From positions 514,806 through 578,805 of the forward strand of contig WELA01003305.1 of the NCBI GenBank assembly GCA_009602735.1: a stretch of 64,000 nucleotides of DNA, written 5' to 3'. Of the stretch, positions 12,362 through 25,673 are shown piece by piece. The notes beneath the pieces were generated by a model that worked only from the letters and a program-made list of their open reading frames with translations, searched no databases and was not told the DNA's origin. Both the position numbers and the translations under genes were made by a program. Position 1 is the first letter of the stretch. Each line of letters begins with the position of its first letter. The stretch comes from Mesotaenium endlicherianum (taxonomy: Eukaryota).

Positions 12362-15300
12362 CGTGCGCGTGCGTGTGCGTGCGTGTGAGCGCAGGGGGTG
12401 CTAGCGGACATCCTGGAGCCTATCATGGGGAAGGGCCTCATTCCCGCCGACATCGAGACCTGGAAGACCCGCAGACGAGGTGCGCTCTCTCTCTCTCTCT
12501 CTGCAATAACTGACAGACACATCTGACTAATGCTAGAGTTGTCCTCCTCCCCCCTCATACTCCTCATCTTCTTCACATGCAACCTCCTCCCCCCTGCTCC
12601 CCCTCCTCCTCCTCCCCCTGCTCTCAAACCTCCTCCGTCTCCCCCTCCTGCTCCTCCGCTGCTGGCAGCCATCGTCCCGGCGTTCCACGCGGCGTACCTG
12701 GAGGCCATGGTGGGCGTCTTCAGCTCGTGCGCCGACCGCACCATCGAGAAGCTCGACAATCTCCTCCAGCAGCAGCAGCAGGCGCAGGCCGCTGACGTGG
12801 CGGGCGGGGACCACGCCAGCGGCGGAGGCGCGATCCGCGTGGAGATGGAGGCGGAGTACTCCAGCCTGGCGCTGGACATCATCGGCATCAGCGTGTTCAA
12901 CTACGACTTTGGGTCCGTCACCAAGGAGTCGCCCATCATCCAGGTCATCCCCCCTCCCCCCCTGTGCTCATCTTTTCTGTGGCTTTGTTTTGCTCTTTTC
13001 GCCTGTTGCTCGGTACCAAGGAGTCGCCCGTCATCCAGGTGCTTCCCCCCCCCCCCGCCCCACCCGCCCGTGCTCATATCTCCCGTGACTTTGTTGCTTC
13101 TCTTTTCTTTGCCTGTCGTTACTCTGTCGCGTGCCAACGCCTAAAGCCGAGCGCGGGGGGTGCGTTGCCTATCGAGGGTGGATGGAGAGAAAGGTCCGAG
13201 GGGGAGAGGGGGGGGGGGCGGGGGGGAGATCCTGGCTGCCAGGTGTACAGCGGCCGCAGACAAGGGGAGTAAGTAGGCTAGGGGCTGTAGTGTAGGGCGC
13301 CAGGTGGCGGCGGGGGCGGTTGTTGTGGCGGCTCGTGAGGAGCACGAGCATGGGCTGCTTCCTAGCAGCCAGCCACGCCTCTTGAAGAATGGCGCACATG
13401 AGCTTGCGCCTTCCTTGCTCACCCACCGCTGAAAGAAGACGAGGGGCGGGCGGGGCGGGCGGCGAGCAACGACGGGTGCCTTTTCAAGATAGGGTTGCGA
13501 TGCGTTCGCGTGCGACTTCTTGCGCCGGTGTCGCACGGCCTGGCAATCGCCACACGCTCGACGGGAGAAGCCTTGCGGCCAGCCTCGACCCCGGCCTGGT
13601 ATCTGCCGATCAGTTGCGAACAAGAAAAAAAGAACAGAAGGGGGGNGGTGGGGCAGGGTAATGGTGTGCATGTGGCTCAGTCTAAGGCTGCTATGTGTCA
13701 TGCATGCGTGCAGGCCGTGTATGGAACGCTGTACGAGGCGGAGCACCGCTCGACGTTCTATTTGCCCTACTGGAAGATTCCGGGAGCCAGGTGCGCCCTG
13801 CGTGGCCCCTCTCCCTCCCTTCCCGCACCTTGACCCACCTTTGACTCGCCTTTGACTCGCCTTTGACCCTCCTTTGGCTCCTCTTTTGACTGGCCTTTTA
13901 CCACCCCCCCTTTGGTTTGCCTTTGACTCCTCCCATGGGGTGGAAACTGGCGCTAATTTTCCGAGATTTTGAATTCGGAGCCCTAAATTTTCGAACCTTG
14001 TCACTAAATTTCCAAAGTTTGATTTCGGGGCGCTATTAGTACAGATTTGTTTGATTAAAGGTCGCTAAGTCACTGCACAAATCTCGGCATTTTTATTTCA
14101 GGGCGCTAATTTAAAACCTTGAATTCTGGGCGCTATTTCACCCGGATTCTCAAAGGAAGTTTCCCCCCCATGACTCCTCCTTTTTGACTCGCCTTTGACC
14201 CCGCCCTTGACCCCGCCTTTTACCCACATCTGAGTCCCTTGACCCCACCTCTGACCCAGATTTCACTCCTTTGTGCCCTCCCTCCGCNCCTAGTCCTGGG
14301 GTGATGAAGTTGGAGGAGTCGGAAGCATTGGTTTTCTTGTTATGTCAATGTTTTTCAACGATGTGTGTGGGTTAGTTTTTGTAGCTATTGTTAGTTTGTG
14401 TCTGTGACTGTCTCCATGTGTGTGTGCATGTGTGTGTGAGTGGTACTGACCTGTGTGTACGCGTGCATGTGCTGTGCGAGCATGGAACAGCTTTGTGGTG
14501 CCGAGGCAGGTGAAGTTCCGCGCGGATCTGAAGGTCATCAACGACTGCCTGGACGAGCTCATCGCCAACGCCCGCAACACGCGCCAGGTGTGCCGCCCGG
14601 AGCTCGCCACGTCGTCATGCAGACCACTCATGATCTTACTTATCTCTGTCGACATTCTCTCCCTTAAGTTCCGAGTTCTGAGTTTGGAGCTGTGCTTGGC
14701 TTCTGCTTCCCCTCAGCTTCTCGAACGTGCAAATGTGTGCGAACGTGTGCGAACGTGTGCAAACGTGTGCAAAAGTGTGGTGAATGATGAGTGTTAGGCA
14801 TCATCTGTGTGAACCGTGGTGACAACCGTGGTGAGTCACAAAGGAAGGCCCGCACTGATGCAGGCAATGAAGAGCCGAGTTGGAACTTATTCGACAGCGC
14901 ATGCACAGAAATATAGGTGTGCATAAGAAGCACAGCACACCTTTGAGTGATCTGTACACAGGTCGTCTGTAAGTCTACTTGTTTCAAAAAATAAAAATAA
15001 GTATATATACATATATAAGAATAACTATATATATATTACATACATATATATATACACCATATGATGTCCATGAGTTGGTGTGCACCTCTCCTCACGCTTT
15101 TTTCTCGCAATCCTTTTGGAGACGCTGCTTTTGAACCTTTGCTCTAACGCATCGTGTGTATAATGTGATATTATTTCAAGCGTTGAGGACCCTTCTCTCA
15201 TTTAGTTTCTCCTCTCATTTGACTCCTCTCTTTCATTGTCCTCGGCCTCTTGGGGGAGGGAGTAGGTAGCATCCTCTTATCCTCAAGTTCATGAATTTAC

Positions 15301-18300
15301 CGGTAAGCATTTTGCTTGACTTTGTGCACTCTGCCGATATCTCAGGAGGAGGACATGGAGGCGCTGCAGCAGAGGGACTACTCCAAGGTCAAGGTGAATA
15401 CATTAACATATACTATCAAGGAGTCATATGATTGCGTCTGTGATATGTGTGCATCATCTAAGCCCGCTAAAAATTCATGTGTGTTTCAAACATTTATGTT
15501 TGTGTCATGAATTCACGTCTATGTATGTATATGTAGGGTGTATACATATTATACATCCTTTGCAATATGTTACCTTCGTTGTGGGGACTACTCCAGATGT
15601 AAGATACATAGGATAGTTCTCCCAGGGCACTCGTCACACAACACCACCTGTCATGCCACCCAGCACTGTCCGCCCACCTCCCGCTGTTGCCTGCCTGCCA
15701 AACCAGCATGCCACCTGTCGTTGAGCCAGGCCATGTACTGCTGTGCCACGCAATGGTCACTTGTGGTGTGTGTGTGTGCGCCTGTGTATACGCATGTGTG
15801 AATGTGCGTGCGCGCGTGGGTGAGCGTGAGTGTGTTCAGAGCGTACGCGCGCCTGCGCCTGCATGCCTGTTCACTGCCCGAGCAATCGTGCGTGCGTCCT
15901 CGCATGCATGTGCATGCTCAAGCAGCATGTGCATCCTAACGTGCTCACATCGTGTGTGCCCCTGCGCCGGCACGGGCCTGCACGCACCTGTGCACGTGCG
16001 CGTACCTCAATTGTGCTCGTGCGCGCATGTGAACTGTGCACCTGCACGCACCTCATGCCTACCTCTGCTCCAATGTCTGTGCCTGGGCCTGCTCCTGCGC
16101 CCGCGCCTGCACCTGTGCATGCCCTCCCGCGCGTGCCCCCATGCCTGCACACGCCCTTACGCACGCGTGTACCCTGTACCTGTGGCCGTGCACGTGCTGT
16201 GGGCGGGCGGCGGGCGGCAGGACGCGAGCCTGCTGCGGTTCCTGGTGGACATGCGCGGCGAGGACTGCAACAACCGGCAGCTGCGCGACGACCTCATGAC
16301 CATGCTCATCGCCGGCCACGAGACCACGGCCTCTGTGCTCACCTGGGCCACCTTCATGCTCGCGCAGGTGCCTGCCTGCCTGCCTGCCTGCCCTCGGCTA
16401 ACCCTAAACCCGAGAACGTAAGCCCGAAACTCTAAAACCTGGGCCACCTTCATGCGCGCGCGCGTGTCGGGCCTGCCTGCCTTCGGCCACCTCACCTTCT
16501 CTCTCTCCCTTCTCGCTGCCCCTCTCCCCTCCGCTCACCTTCGTCCTGGCCCTGGTCGGGCCTGCCCTCCTCTCTCTCTCTCTCTTTCTCTCTCTGACTG
16601 ACTCTTTACTCCCTACTTTTTTCCCGTCCATCCATGCTCCTACCCTTTCCCATACACGGGTTCGTCTCCCCTTCCCTTTTTCCTCACCATTCATCCTTTT
16701 ACTCTTTCCCCCCTTACTTCACTCACTCTTTCTTCCTCTTACTCCCCCCCCTCCCCCCCCCCTTCCTCTTTTTTCCCCCCTACAGAGAGCCCAGGGGAAG
16801 GCCAGGCAGCTTTCTGAGGACGTTTATCTGACTCCTGCCACTTGCCGTCAGCCCCTTCTGATGACATCATCATTTTTCTCCGGAGCATTCAACCCCCTTT
16901 TTTTTGTGTGTGTGAACCTTCCTTCGGTCCATCCTCACAATCCACAAAAATGCCCACCGCCCCCTCTTTGGCGTGCCTTCTCTCCTCTCTCCGCAGAAGC
17001 CGCCTCTTACCTCTTACCTCAGAGTGGTGAATTCTCATCCTCTTGACGCCTCTGCGCCTGCTTTACTCATACCATCTCTTCCTCTCCAAAAAAACTTCCA
17101 CTCTCGGCAAAACCCCTTTCCACACACATCGTAGCACTCAGAGAAAGCAAAAAGAAAGCAAGCAGAAAATGACAGAAGCAACATGACGAAACAGCAGCAC
17201 TACGTCACCACAGCGGCAACCGTAATGACAATGATGACAACAAAACTAGAAAATGAAAAGCAACAACAACAACAATCACCAGAAAACACCTCACCAATCT
17301 CTTGCCCTCAGCTGAGAGGTCCAGTTCTCACCCCAGGCCTTTTCTTTCACACGTAGAGCCGGCGCTCGTCTGCGAGCGCTCCACTTTCCTCGCCACGACT
17401 TTTCCTCCTCCAGAAGTAAGGAGCGCACCATGTGCCGCCGCGATTCAATTTGCCGCTGCCCACACTTTAGCACTTGCGTTATTGCCCTTCATTGTGAATT
17501 CAGATTCTGACTTCAGCTTTCTCCTGCCGGGCCGAGCTCTATATGGCACTGCCCATTAACCACTAACGCTTCCTTCTCCTGAAAATCAGAAAAGCAGAAA
17601 ATCAGCCCAAGGCCACCTCGCGCTTCCTTCTTTTCCCGTCTTTGAATGAGTGTTCTCTCTCATACGCCACCGTCGCATATACCTCATGTTCTAACCTTCT
17701 CGCTTTCGCCTCTTGCCTCCGGCCGTGTTGGGGGGGGCGGGGGGGGGGGGCGGTTTGCGTGCAAGTGCAGAACCCACGAGTGGTGGCAAAGGCGCAGAAG
17801 GAGATTGACGAGGTCATTGGAGATCGGCGGCCCACTCTGGAGGACCTCAAGAAGCTCCAGTGCGTTCTGCTGCCCACCACCTGGCCCCTTTCATTCATTA
17901 TATTGATAATTAAAATAAAACTAAAAAACCTAGGAAAAACCTTAGAGAACAAACTTGCAGGCGTATCTTTGGAGGACCTCAAGAGGCTCCAGAGCGATGG
18001 CTCCCCCCCCCACGTCCCCGTCCCCCGCCCCCCTCCCCCGCCCTTCTTTTACTTGTTTGATCAAATGGGTCTCTGGATGTCTTAAGCTTGCCATTTGGGC
18101 GCGCTCGTAGTTGCAATTGCATGCGTGTGCGTGTGTGTTCGTGTCTTGTCTTATTATATAGTCATTTACTACTATTTTTACTGCCGCTTGCACAAACTTA
18201 TTTGTGCGCAGGTGTACATAAGCACGCCTCTGCGGTGTGCGCAGACAGGAACAAGAAGTAACACGTGCACATGCTCATGCACGCGTACTTTGGCATGCAT

Positions 18301-21300
18301 GCGTGCATACATTCATGTAATGTGTGAATATGTCCTGGTACTTGCGTGCAAAAGAAACATATATTTTACTCGTAGATTGCTTGCCTTAATGAGACCGAGT
18401 GTCGAGAGGATCCGGTGGTGTCTTTCTGTAAACATCTCTCTGCTGTTTGTGATTGTTTGGGAAGGGCTGGTTTTGACGAGAGCGAGTGTCGAGCGGATCC
18501 GGTGATGTCTTCCTTATTCCTCTCTCTGTCGTTCATAATTGTTTGGGATGGGCAGGTACGTGCGCTTCATCGTGGCGGAGTCTCTGAGGCTGTACCCCCA
18601 GCCGCCCCTTCTGATTCGCCGCTCCCTCGCGCCCGACCTCCTGCCAGGTGTGTGGGGTTGGGCAAGAGCGAGCACGCGCGCGCGCACGCGTAGCGCGTGC
18701 ACTTCTCGATCACTTTCATTTCATGGCCGTGTACTCCTGCACGCATGCTGTGTGTTGGTGCCTTCGTGTCGCAGTCTTCCTCCCTGTGTGTGTGTGTGTG
18801 TGTGAGCGTGTGTGTGCGCGCGCGCGCATGTGAAAGTGACCCGCCATTCTACTGTCCAAGAGAATCCACTTCTTGGTGCAAGATGAAGTCCGATAAACTT
18901 GTGCGCGAGTGAAGTGCTTGCTATATCCCAATAGGTTTGCTTGAACGTGCAGTGCCCTGCAGCATGTTTGCAGTTCCGCGAATGCTCGCATGCGCGTGCC
19001 CGCACCGAGCCCCTTCTCGCAGTAGATCCGCGCCGCATCATTTCTCTCTCTTCCTCTCTCTCCCAGTTTCTCCTCTGGCTTCACATCGATAGCGCGCCTC
19101 CCTCCTTCCCTCCCTCCCTCCCTCCCTCCCCTCCCTCACAACACGGCAGCGCAGATTGCTGGTGGTGAGAGTGGGAGGGGAGTGGAGGCGCGAGTGGGAA
19201 AGGTGTATGGGGTGGGAGAAGAGAAGAAGGAGCTGGGGCAAGCGAGGGGCGGCTTATGCCAGAATCTACTCGTAAACAGCACAGGGGTTGTCCTCGAGCG
19301 AGCAAAGGGCGACTGACAGACAGGAAGATCGCCCCCCCTCCCCCACCCCCTCCCTCCATCCGGTTAATCGGCGGCTTATAGGTAAGATGGCACATTCGAA
19401 AGGTAGGGCCCCCTCCTCACCCCCNNNNNNNNNNNNNNNNNNNNNNNNNNNNNNNNNNNNNNNNNNNNNNNNNNNNNNNNNNNNNNNNNNNNNNNNNNNN
19501 NNNNNNNNNNNNNNNNNNNNNNNNNNNNNNNNNNNNNNNNNNNNNNNNNNNNNNNNNNNNNNNNNNNNNNNNNNNNNNNNNNNNNNNNNNNNNNNNNNNN
19601 NNNNNNNNNNNNNNNNNNNNNNNNNNNNNNNNNNNNNNNNNNNNNNNNNNNNNNNNNNNNNNNNNNNNNNNNNNNNNNNNNNNNNNNNNNNNNNNNNNNN
19701 NNNNNNNNNNNNNNNNNNNNNNNNNNNNNNNNNNNNNNNNNNNNGGGGGGGGCGGGAGAGTGGAGGTAGTGGGGCTTCTAGTGATGCGCCGTCATTGGTG
19801 GGTCTGTGTTGGAAAGGACTGCTGTCACACACTATGAGCCTCGTTTGTTAGAGGAGGGTATGGAAGGGACAAGGCATGGCTGTTGTTGTGTCAGTAAGTG
19901 TGTTCGAAGGCAAGATGAAGAAAGGGGTGGTGGAAGGAACGAGAGAACTGAACTGACGGCTGATTGGTAAGGGGGAGGGGACGAATAAAAATCGCTGGGA
20001 AAGTTGGCCCACTCCTCCTGGCCCCACGTGTTGGTTATATATTAAGTATCTATTCTTAAGCATATATACATGACTATACATACATAATGATACCCCAATT
20101 GTTTGATGGACTGCCTCCCTTACCACTCGGGCTCGCTATTCCATTTTCTATCACTCACGATATGGTCACATACTCCTGTGCTGACGTGGACGCTTCTCCC
20201 CCCTCGCCGGGTGCGCATGCGCGGGCGGGGACGTCGCTCTGTCGACGGGCGGTGGCGGGCGGGCATGACAGGTGTACAACATCCACAGGTCGCCGCATTT
20301 CTGGGACAACGCGGACGCGTTTGACCCCGACAGATTCTACCGCTCCAAGAGCCCCGGCGACATCAAGGGGTGGGAGGGCTACGACCCCGAGCGCGCTGTT
20401 GGGTCCTTGTATCCCAACGAGGTAATTGACGGGGGAAGCTTCCCTTGCGTAGTCTTATTTGGCTTCCCCCCCCCCCCNNNNNNNNNNNNNNNNNNNNNNN
20501 NCCCCCCCCCCGGGTGCTCTCTCTTAAAGCGCTCCCCCAAGCCCTTGTCTGCTCATATCCATGTGCTTGCGCATGCCTGCGCATCGCTGTGCATGTCAGC
20601 GCACGCAATGCGCTCGATGTCGTTGGTTGTTCTCCTGTTTTCTTTGTTTGTTTATTATTCCTGAGCCACTCTCAAATCGACACGTGGCTCCTGCGGGAGT
20701 AAGAGCGATTTCCCATGTATGATCCCAGGCGCTTGCCTTGTGTTGTTGTCACTCTGCTCATGATTTTGTTTTTGCTCCCCCCGTTAAGCTCCAGCTCTCT
20801 CCCCCTTTCCTCCCCTGCCTCCCTTGCCTCCATCGTCTCTCGCCCCTCCCAAGGTCTTTTCTCAATGCCGCTCTTCCCCGCTCTTCCTTTTGCACTCTGC
20901 TTGCCTGCCCTTGGCCTTCTGTTTTCGCGCTCCCAGTTGGGCAGGGGTATGTAAATCAAGCAGAACCTCAGGCATTCAGAAGAGGAGGTGTCACCCCCTC
21001 GGCCATCTTTGGCACATGCTGTGCTACCACCCCTTCACAAGCACCCTCCGACTCCATCCCCGCACCTTTTACATGTGTTTGACCTCTACGCAGACGAGCG
21101 CCAACTGCGCAATCCTGCCGTTTGTGCATGCATGCCTTTGCGCGCATCACCCTCAACACAAGTCCCCCCCTTCCCTCCCCACGCCCGTTCGTTCTTGCGC
21201 CCCTGCATGTTCGTGCACCCGTGAGCAGACAAGCGCGGACTACGCGTTCCTGCCGTTTGGCGGCGGCCCGCGCAAGTGCGTGGGCGACCAGTTTGCGCTC

Positions 21301-21522
21301 ATGGAGTCAACCGTCGGCCTCGCCATGCTGCTGCGCCGCTTCGACATCACGCTCGCGGGCGCCCCCGAGGACGTGGAGCTGGTGACGGGCGCCACCATCC
21401 ACACCAAGGCGGGCCTCTGGTGCAAGGTGAAGCGGCGCTCGGACGTGGGGAGCCCCACGGAGCCCCAGGCGCAGCAGGCGGCGGCAGCCGCGGAGGCGGC
21501 GGCGGCAGCTGTCTCCTCGTGA
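8704..21522 (+). CDS. CYP97B: Cytochrome P450 CYP97B (plastid, carotenoid-hydroxylase clan)
   Basis: Exons 8704-8912 (transit-peptide-like, phase fits), 9957-10158 ([14 protein letters not shown]...[14 protein letters not shown]), 12395-12479, 12669-12943, 13714-13790 ([18 protein letters not shown]), 14491-14587, 15346-15393, 16221-16367 (AGHETT), 17771-17859, 18556-18647 (ESLRLYP), 20272-20421 (FDPDRF) and 21229-21522 ([10 protein letters not shown] heme motif, TGA). Two expected exons are missing and probably lie in N gaps. Confidence 0.95.
13934..14172. mobile_element. Non-autonomous hAT-type MITE (239 bp) in a CYP97B intron
   Basis: TIRs CATGGGGTGGAAACT / AGTTTCCCCCCCATG (14/15 match), exact 8-bp TSD ACTCCTCC at 13926-13933 and 14173-14180, internal GGCGCTA repeats. 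Confidence 0.88.
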
Positions 21523-21906
21523 GTGCTTCGAGGTGCAGGGTGCTGCATCGTGGGCAGCCGCGGCAGCAGTGCGGCAGCAGCAGCAGCGGCAGGGGCAGTG
21601 GCAGTGGCGGCGGCAGTGGCAGCTACGGGGGTGGGGGGGGCGTCAGCGGCTGTCTCTTTGTGAAGGCTTTGGGGTGGGCGGTGCGGGCGCGCGTGCGTAA
21701 TGACGTTAGTCCGCATGCCTGCGTGGGAAGCCCGGCGGAACTGGTGCCGGGAGGTGGCAGCGACAGTGGCGGCGACAGTGACAGTTGTTACCTCGCGATG
21801 CCTTCTGGGTGCGGCGCAACCGCTGCAGGGGCGGGGACAGCTGGCCGCGCGTAAATTCTTCGGGGCATTGTGGGCGTGTGTGCGTGAGTGCGGGGGGGGG
21901 GGGGGN

Positions 21907-21948
<42 letters not shown>

Positions 21949-23326
21949 TATTTTGGCCAGCGCTCCGTGGCAAAGAGCACGTGAGGCAGGGAGCAGCAGG
22001 GCACAGCTGTCAGCACGTGGTTGCTCCTGCCGTGCGTGCTGAGGAGTGATGTGCTGTCCACTAGGACTTGGGGGTAGGTGGATAGGTGAGGAGGATGTAC
22101 ATTTAGTTTGATAATGATAAAAGCCGCTTGAGATTATTATACTCATAGCTGTTCTTCAAACGTGCCGCTGTCCAATGTAGAGGAGTCGTGTCAATATTTC
22201 TCCTTCTGGCCTGTTGCATGTCGGATGCCAATGTCGACTCGCAGCTGGCTCTGAGGCAGATCCTGAGGTTTGAGGTTTTCTGGCCAGCTTTGCATGTGAG
22301 CAAGTTGGATCTGTGTCAGTGCAATATTACCGTGAACACAATGCAATCAAGTTGAGACCTTAATAAGGAAACTGACGAGCATATTGACGGCCGGAAAAGT
22401 AATACAGTTGCATTGTTCTTTCGATCTGCAAACTAGGATCGACTTTGTTGACACGATTCGACTTTGGCTTGGTATGTTGAGCATGTTGTCGGGGACGTGA
22501 TCACTTGTGCATGTGCTCAGGTGTTGGATAGATTGCTTTTTGGTAACATAGCGCATAAATGTATGTTATCATACATACACAAGAGTGCTTCGTCAACCAT
22601 TTCAACATACATCAACAGAGTAGTTCAATTAATGAATACATGGTACCAAAGGTGCACATTGCGCAAGAAAGAGTATGCCATGAGGTTAACAACCCATGCC
22701 CTTATGGAAAAATTAAAGCTGATCGTCTGACCGTGCAGTATGCATCTGTTTTTGCGTGAAACCCCCCCCCCCCAAAAAAAAAAATAAGATGCAAATTGGC
22801 AAATAGAAGTATGTATGGGGCATGTACTCAACTCAAACAAGTATTCATTTGGATCCATGAATGCATTACAAGATACTTTGCAAAAAGATTGTGGCAATTA
22901 AAGTCTGGAGTTGGAAAATCAAAGCTCAAGTGCCCTACTTCACTCCTAAAAAACCTGTGTACAAGGTCGTCGAGAGATTCTTAAACGTAACGCAAGACAG
23001 AGAAAAAGGGCTCAATCTACACCCCCGGCACTGAGCGAGTTGAGCCCACCACTGCCTCGAAGCTTTTGATCAACAGTACATCTTCACTTACTGTACAAAA
23101 CATTATACTACGTGATGAGATGCGTCGTACACGTCAGCCAACCACGCACATATACGACAACTATCGAGCACATCGCGTGCCATACGGGCACTCTCGCGCT
23201 CTTGCAACTTTGCTGTGGCTGCGACAGGTTGCAGTCGATCAAGATTTGGTCGCGAGATCTTCAACTAATTGTACAAGAAAACAGCAACTTGCTCATGCAC
23301 CGAGGAACAACAATCAACACTCTCGC

Positions 23327-25191
23327 CTATGGGCCCTTCCAGCCGGAGGCGCGCAGCCACTCGGCCCAGTTCTTCAGCCCAGGGTTGGCTTTGCGGCCAT
23401 TGGTGAGGTCGTAGTCGTAATAGTAGGTGTACTCGTTGAACCACTTGAACATCTGCGCATTTGGTCAAGAAGACGAGCCGAAGCTGTCGTTCAGTACAGT
23501 GGCAGTGTCGAGCACGATCAAGCATCAGACAAGGCGAAAGACCGTAAGCTATCGCCAGTGAAGTGGGAGTGGAAGTGGCAGTCTCGAGACCGAAGGTCCC
23601 AGTTAGACCACAACTACACGCGTGACAGAGATCTTCTAAGCTTCGCGACAGTTTGACAAACAGTTCAACACTTTGACATTGAGTTACAACAAAAGGAGGG
23701 AGGAGCTGGCCGCCAATACATTCTGCTGCCCGACAGGGTGCCAGAATAAGAAAGCAAATGAAAAAGGGAATGAGAGAGGGAATGAAAAAAGATAGCTCAC
23801 TTGATGTAGAACAATACAGGAAGGTGGGCAACAGTCGTATTCAAGGAGAGCCAAAACTCCAAACAAGGCGGCAATGGGCTTGCGCACAAACCCAAAAGCA
23901 TGCGCACTGGCTATGCCAGTCGACTCACCTCAGTCCACTCGGCCCCGAACTTGTCGTGCTTGATCTCCTGGATGGTGTTGAGCTTGGCCTTGCGCCCGGT
24001 GACCTTGGAGAAGAGCTCGACGTATTTGTGCATGGAGCCGTGAAAGCCGCACAGATTCATGTACTCCTCCTCCTGCACGCACGCGCGCATGCGCCCCACG
24101 CCCCGCGCCCCGCGCCAGAGCAGCTGTGGGTCAGCATCAATCAGGAAAAAGCGCGCAGCTCCACATGGCATGGCCTGCCATATGAGATGGTATTGCAGAG
24201 CATTGCAGAGCAGGTGAGCGGGTGAGGCGCAGGTCCCCGAAGCCTTGTACATACATAGTGACCCTCTCCTTAGTCGCTCGCCTCGTGCGAAAAGAGGAAA
24301 AACAATACTGCGTGAGAATGGGCGTCTATGAAGAGCACCCTCACGCACAAGCAGCTCACGTGCCACGGAGAGCTTAGGAGAAAAAAAGGCGTGCACTGCC
24401 CGACCCCAAATCGCGCCTCGGACGATAATCACAGCTGAGGGTGGCATGCGCACTGAGCACGCCGGGAGGGGGCAGAGCGCAACGATGTGCAACGCTCAGA
24501 TTGAGATCTTGCGTTTACAGACGCTCCACAAAGATTCCAGCATTTTCAGTGCGAACTTAATTCGCATTCGGCTCATGAAAGCAGCTGTTGAGCACCTTCG
24601 AGATGCAGCTCCAAGGAGCAGCTTCGAGAGAATAGAACAGGGAGATGGAGATGCTTCCCGTTGTCCAACTGAAATGCGATTGATGCTTGTGACGTCATGA
24701 TCGGGGTAGCTAGCAACGACAGGAAGGCTCTGGAGGGTCGCTCGACAATCAACACAGCGACCTTCATCAGCCAAGGCCACGTTCTGAGAGGACACATAAC
24801 AGTGGATGGAGCAACCAAGCTATATAAAATGGGAGACATTTAGTAGATGTGATTCTATTTACATATGAAACACACCCACATGCACACAGCCCCCCCCCCC
24901 CCCTCTCTAGAATATATGCACATATATATAAAAGAGTAGACCTACCCATTTATACAAAATAGCCGTTGGATTATGTCACGTGTAGTGTTATTATTATACT
25001 AAATTTAAATCTAACGCATCTCCCTCCTGTCATTGACACATACCAGTAGCCTCACGCACATATAATTCATGATTGTTCGTACATACCAGCAGCATGCTTT
25101 CAACAACCCAAATTTACCAAAAGATACGCACCCTCCTTTCACCAGCCATGCCTGGGGATAATCAAAGGCCACCAGAGCAGCACTCACGAGG

Positions 25192-25262
<71 letters not shown>

Positions 25263-25263
25263 N

Positions 25264-25310
<47 letters not shown>

Positions 25311-25640
25311 GAAGGAAAGGAATCACATTACGCTCAAGTTCAGCAAAGTAACGCTCCCCCCCCTCCCCCCCTCCTCCTGCGGCCGAGCCTCACCTGCCAT
25401 GCCTGCGGGTTCTCAAAGGCCGCCAGCGCGGCAGGCCCCACGTCGTGCACGTCAAACGCCTGCATCAGGTGGTGGCCCTCCATGGGAACGTCAAACGAAA
25501 CCGTGCCGTCCTCTTCTGCGTGGCACAGGTTGAACTCCACGAAGTTTTGGAAGTAGAAGGCGCACACCATGAAGGTGTGGTGCTTGAAGTCGAGGCCCCT
25601 CACCACGGGGTCCACCTGTCGGCAGCGTGCAGAGCACACA

Positions 25641-25673
<33 letters not shown>

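Noticed and set aside
10159..12394. Loss of a CYP97B exon (pseudogenisation)
   Set aside because: The missing exons coincide with introns containing N gaps, and all visible exons are intact.
24815..24960. Possible small MITE (TATAAAATGGG...CCCATTTATA)
   Set aside because: The inverted match is only ~10 bp in AT-rich DNA, with no convincing TSD.
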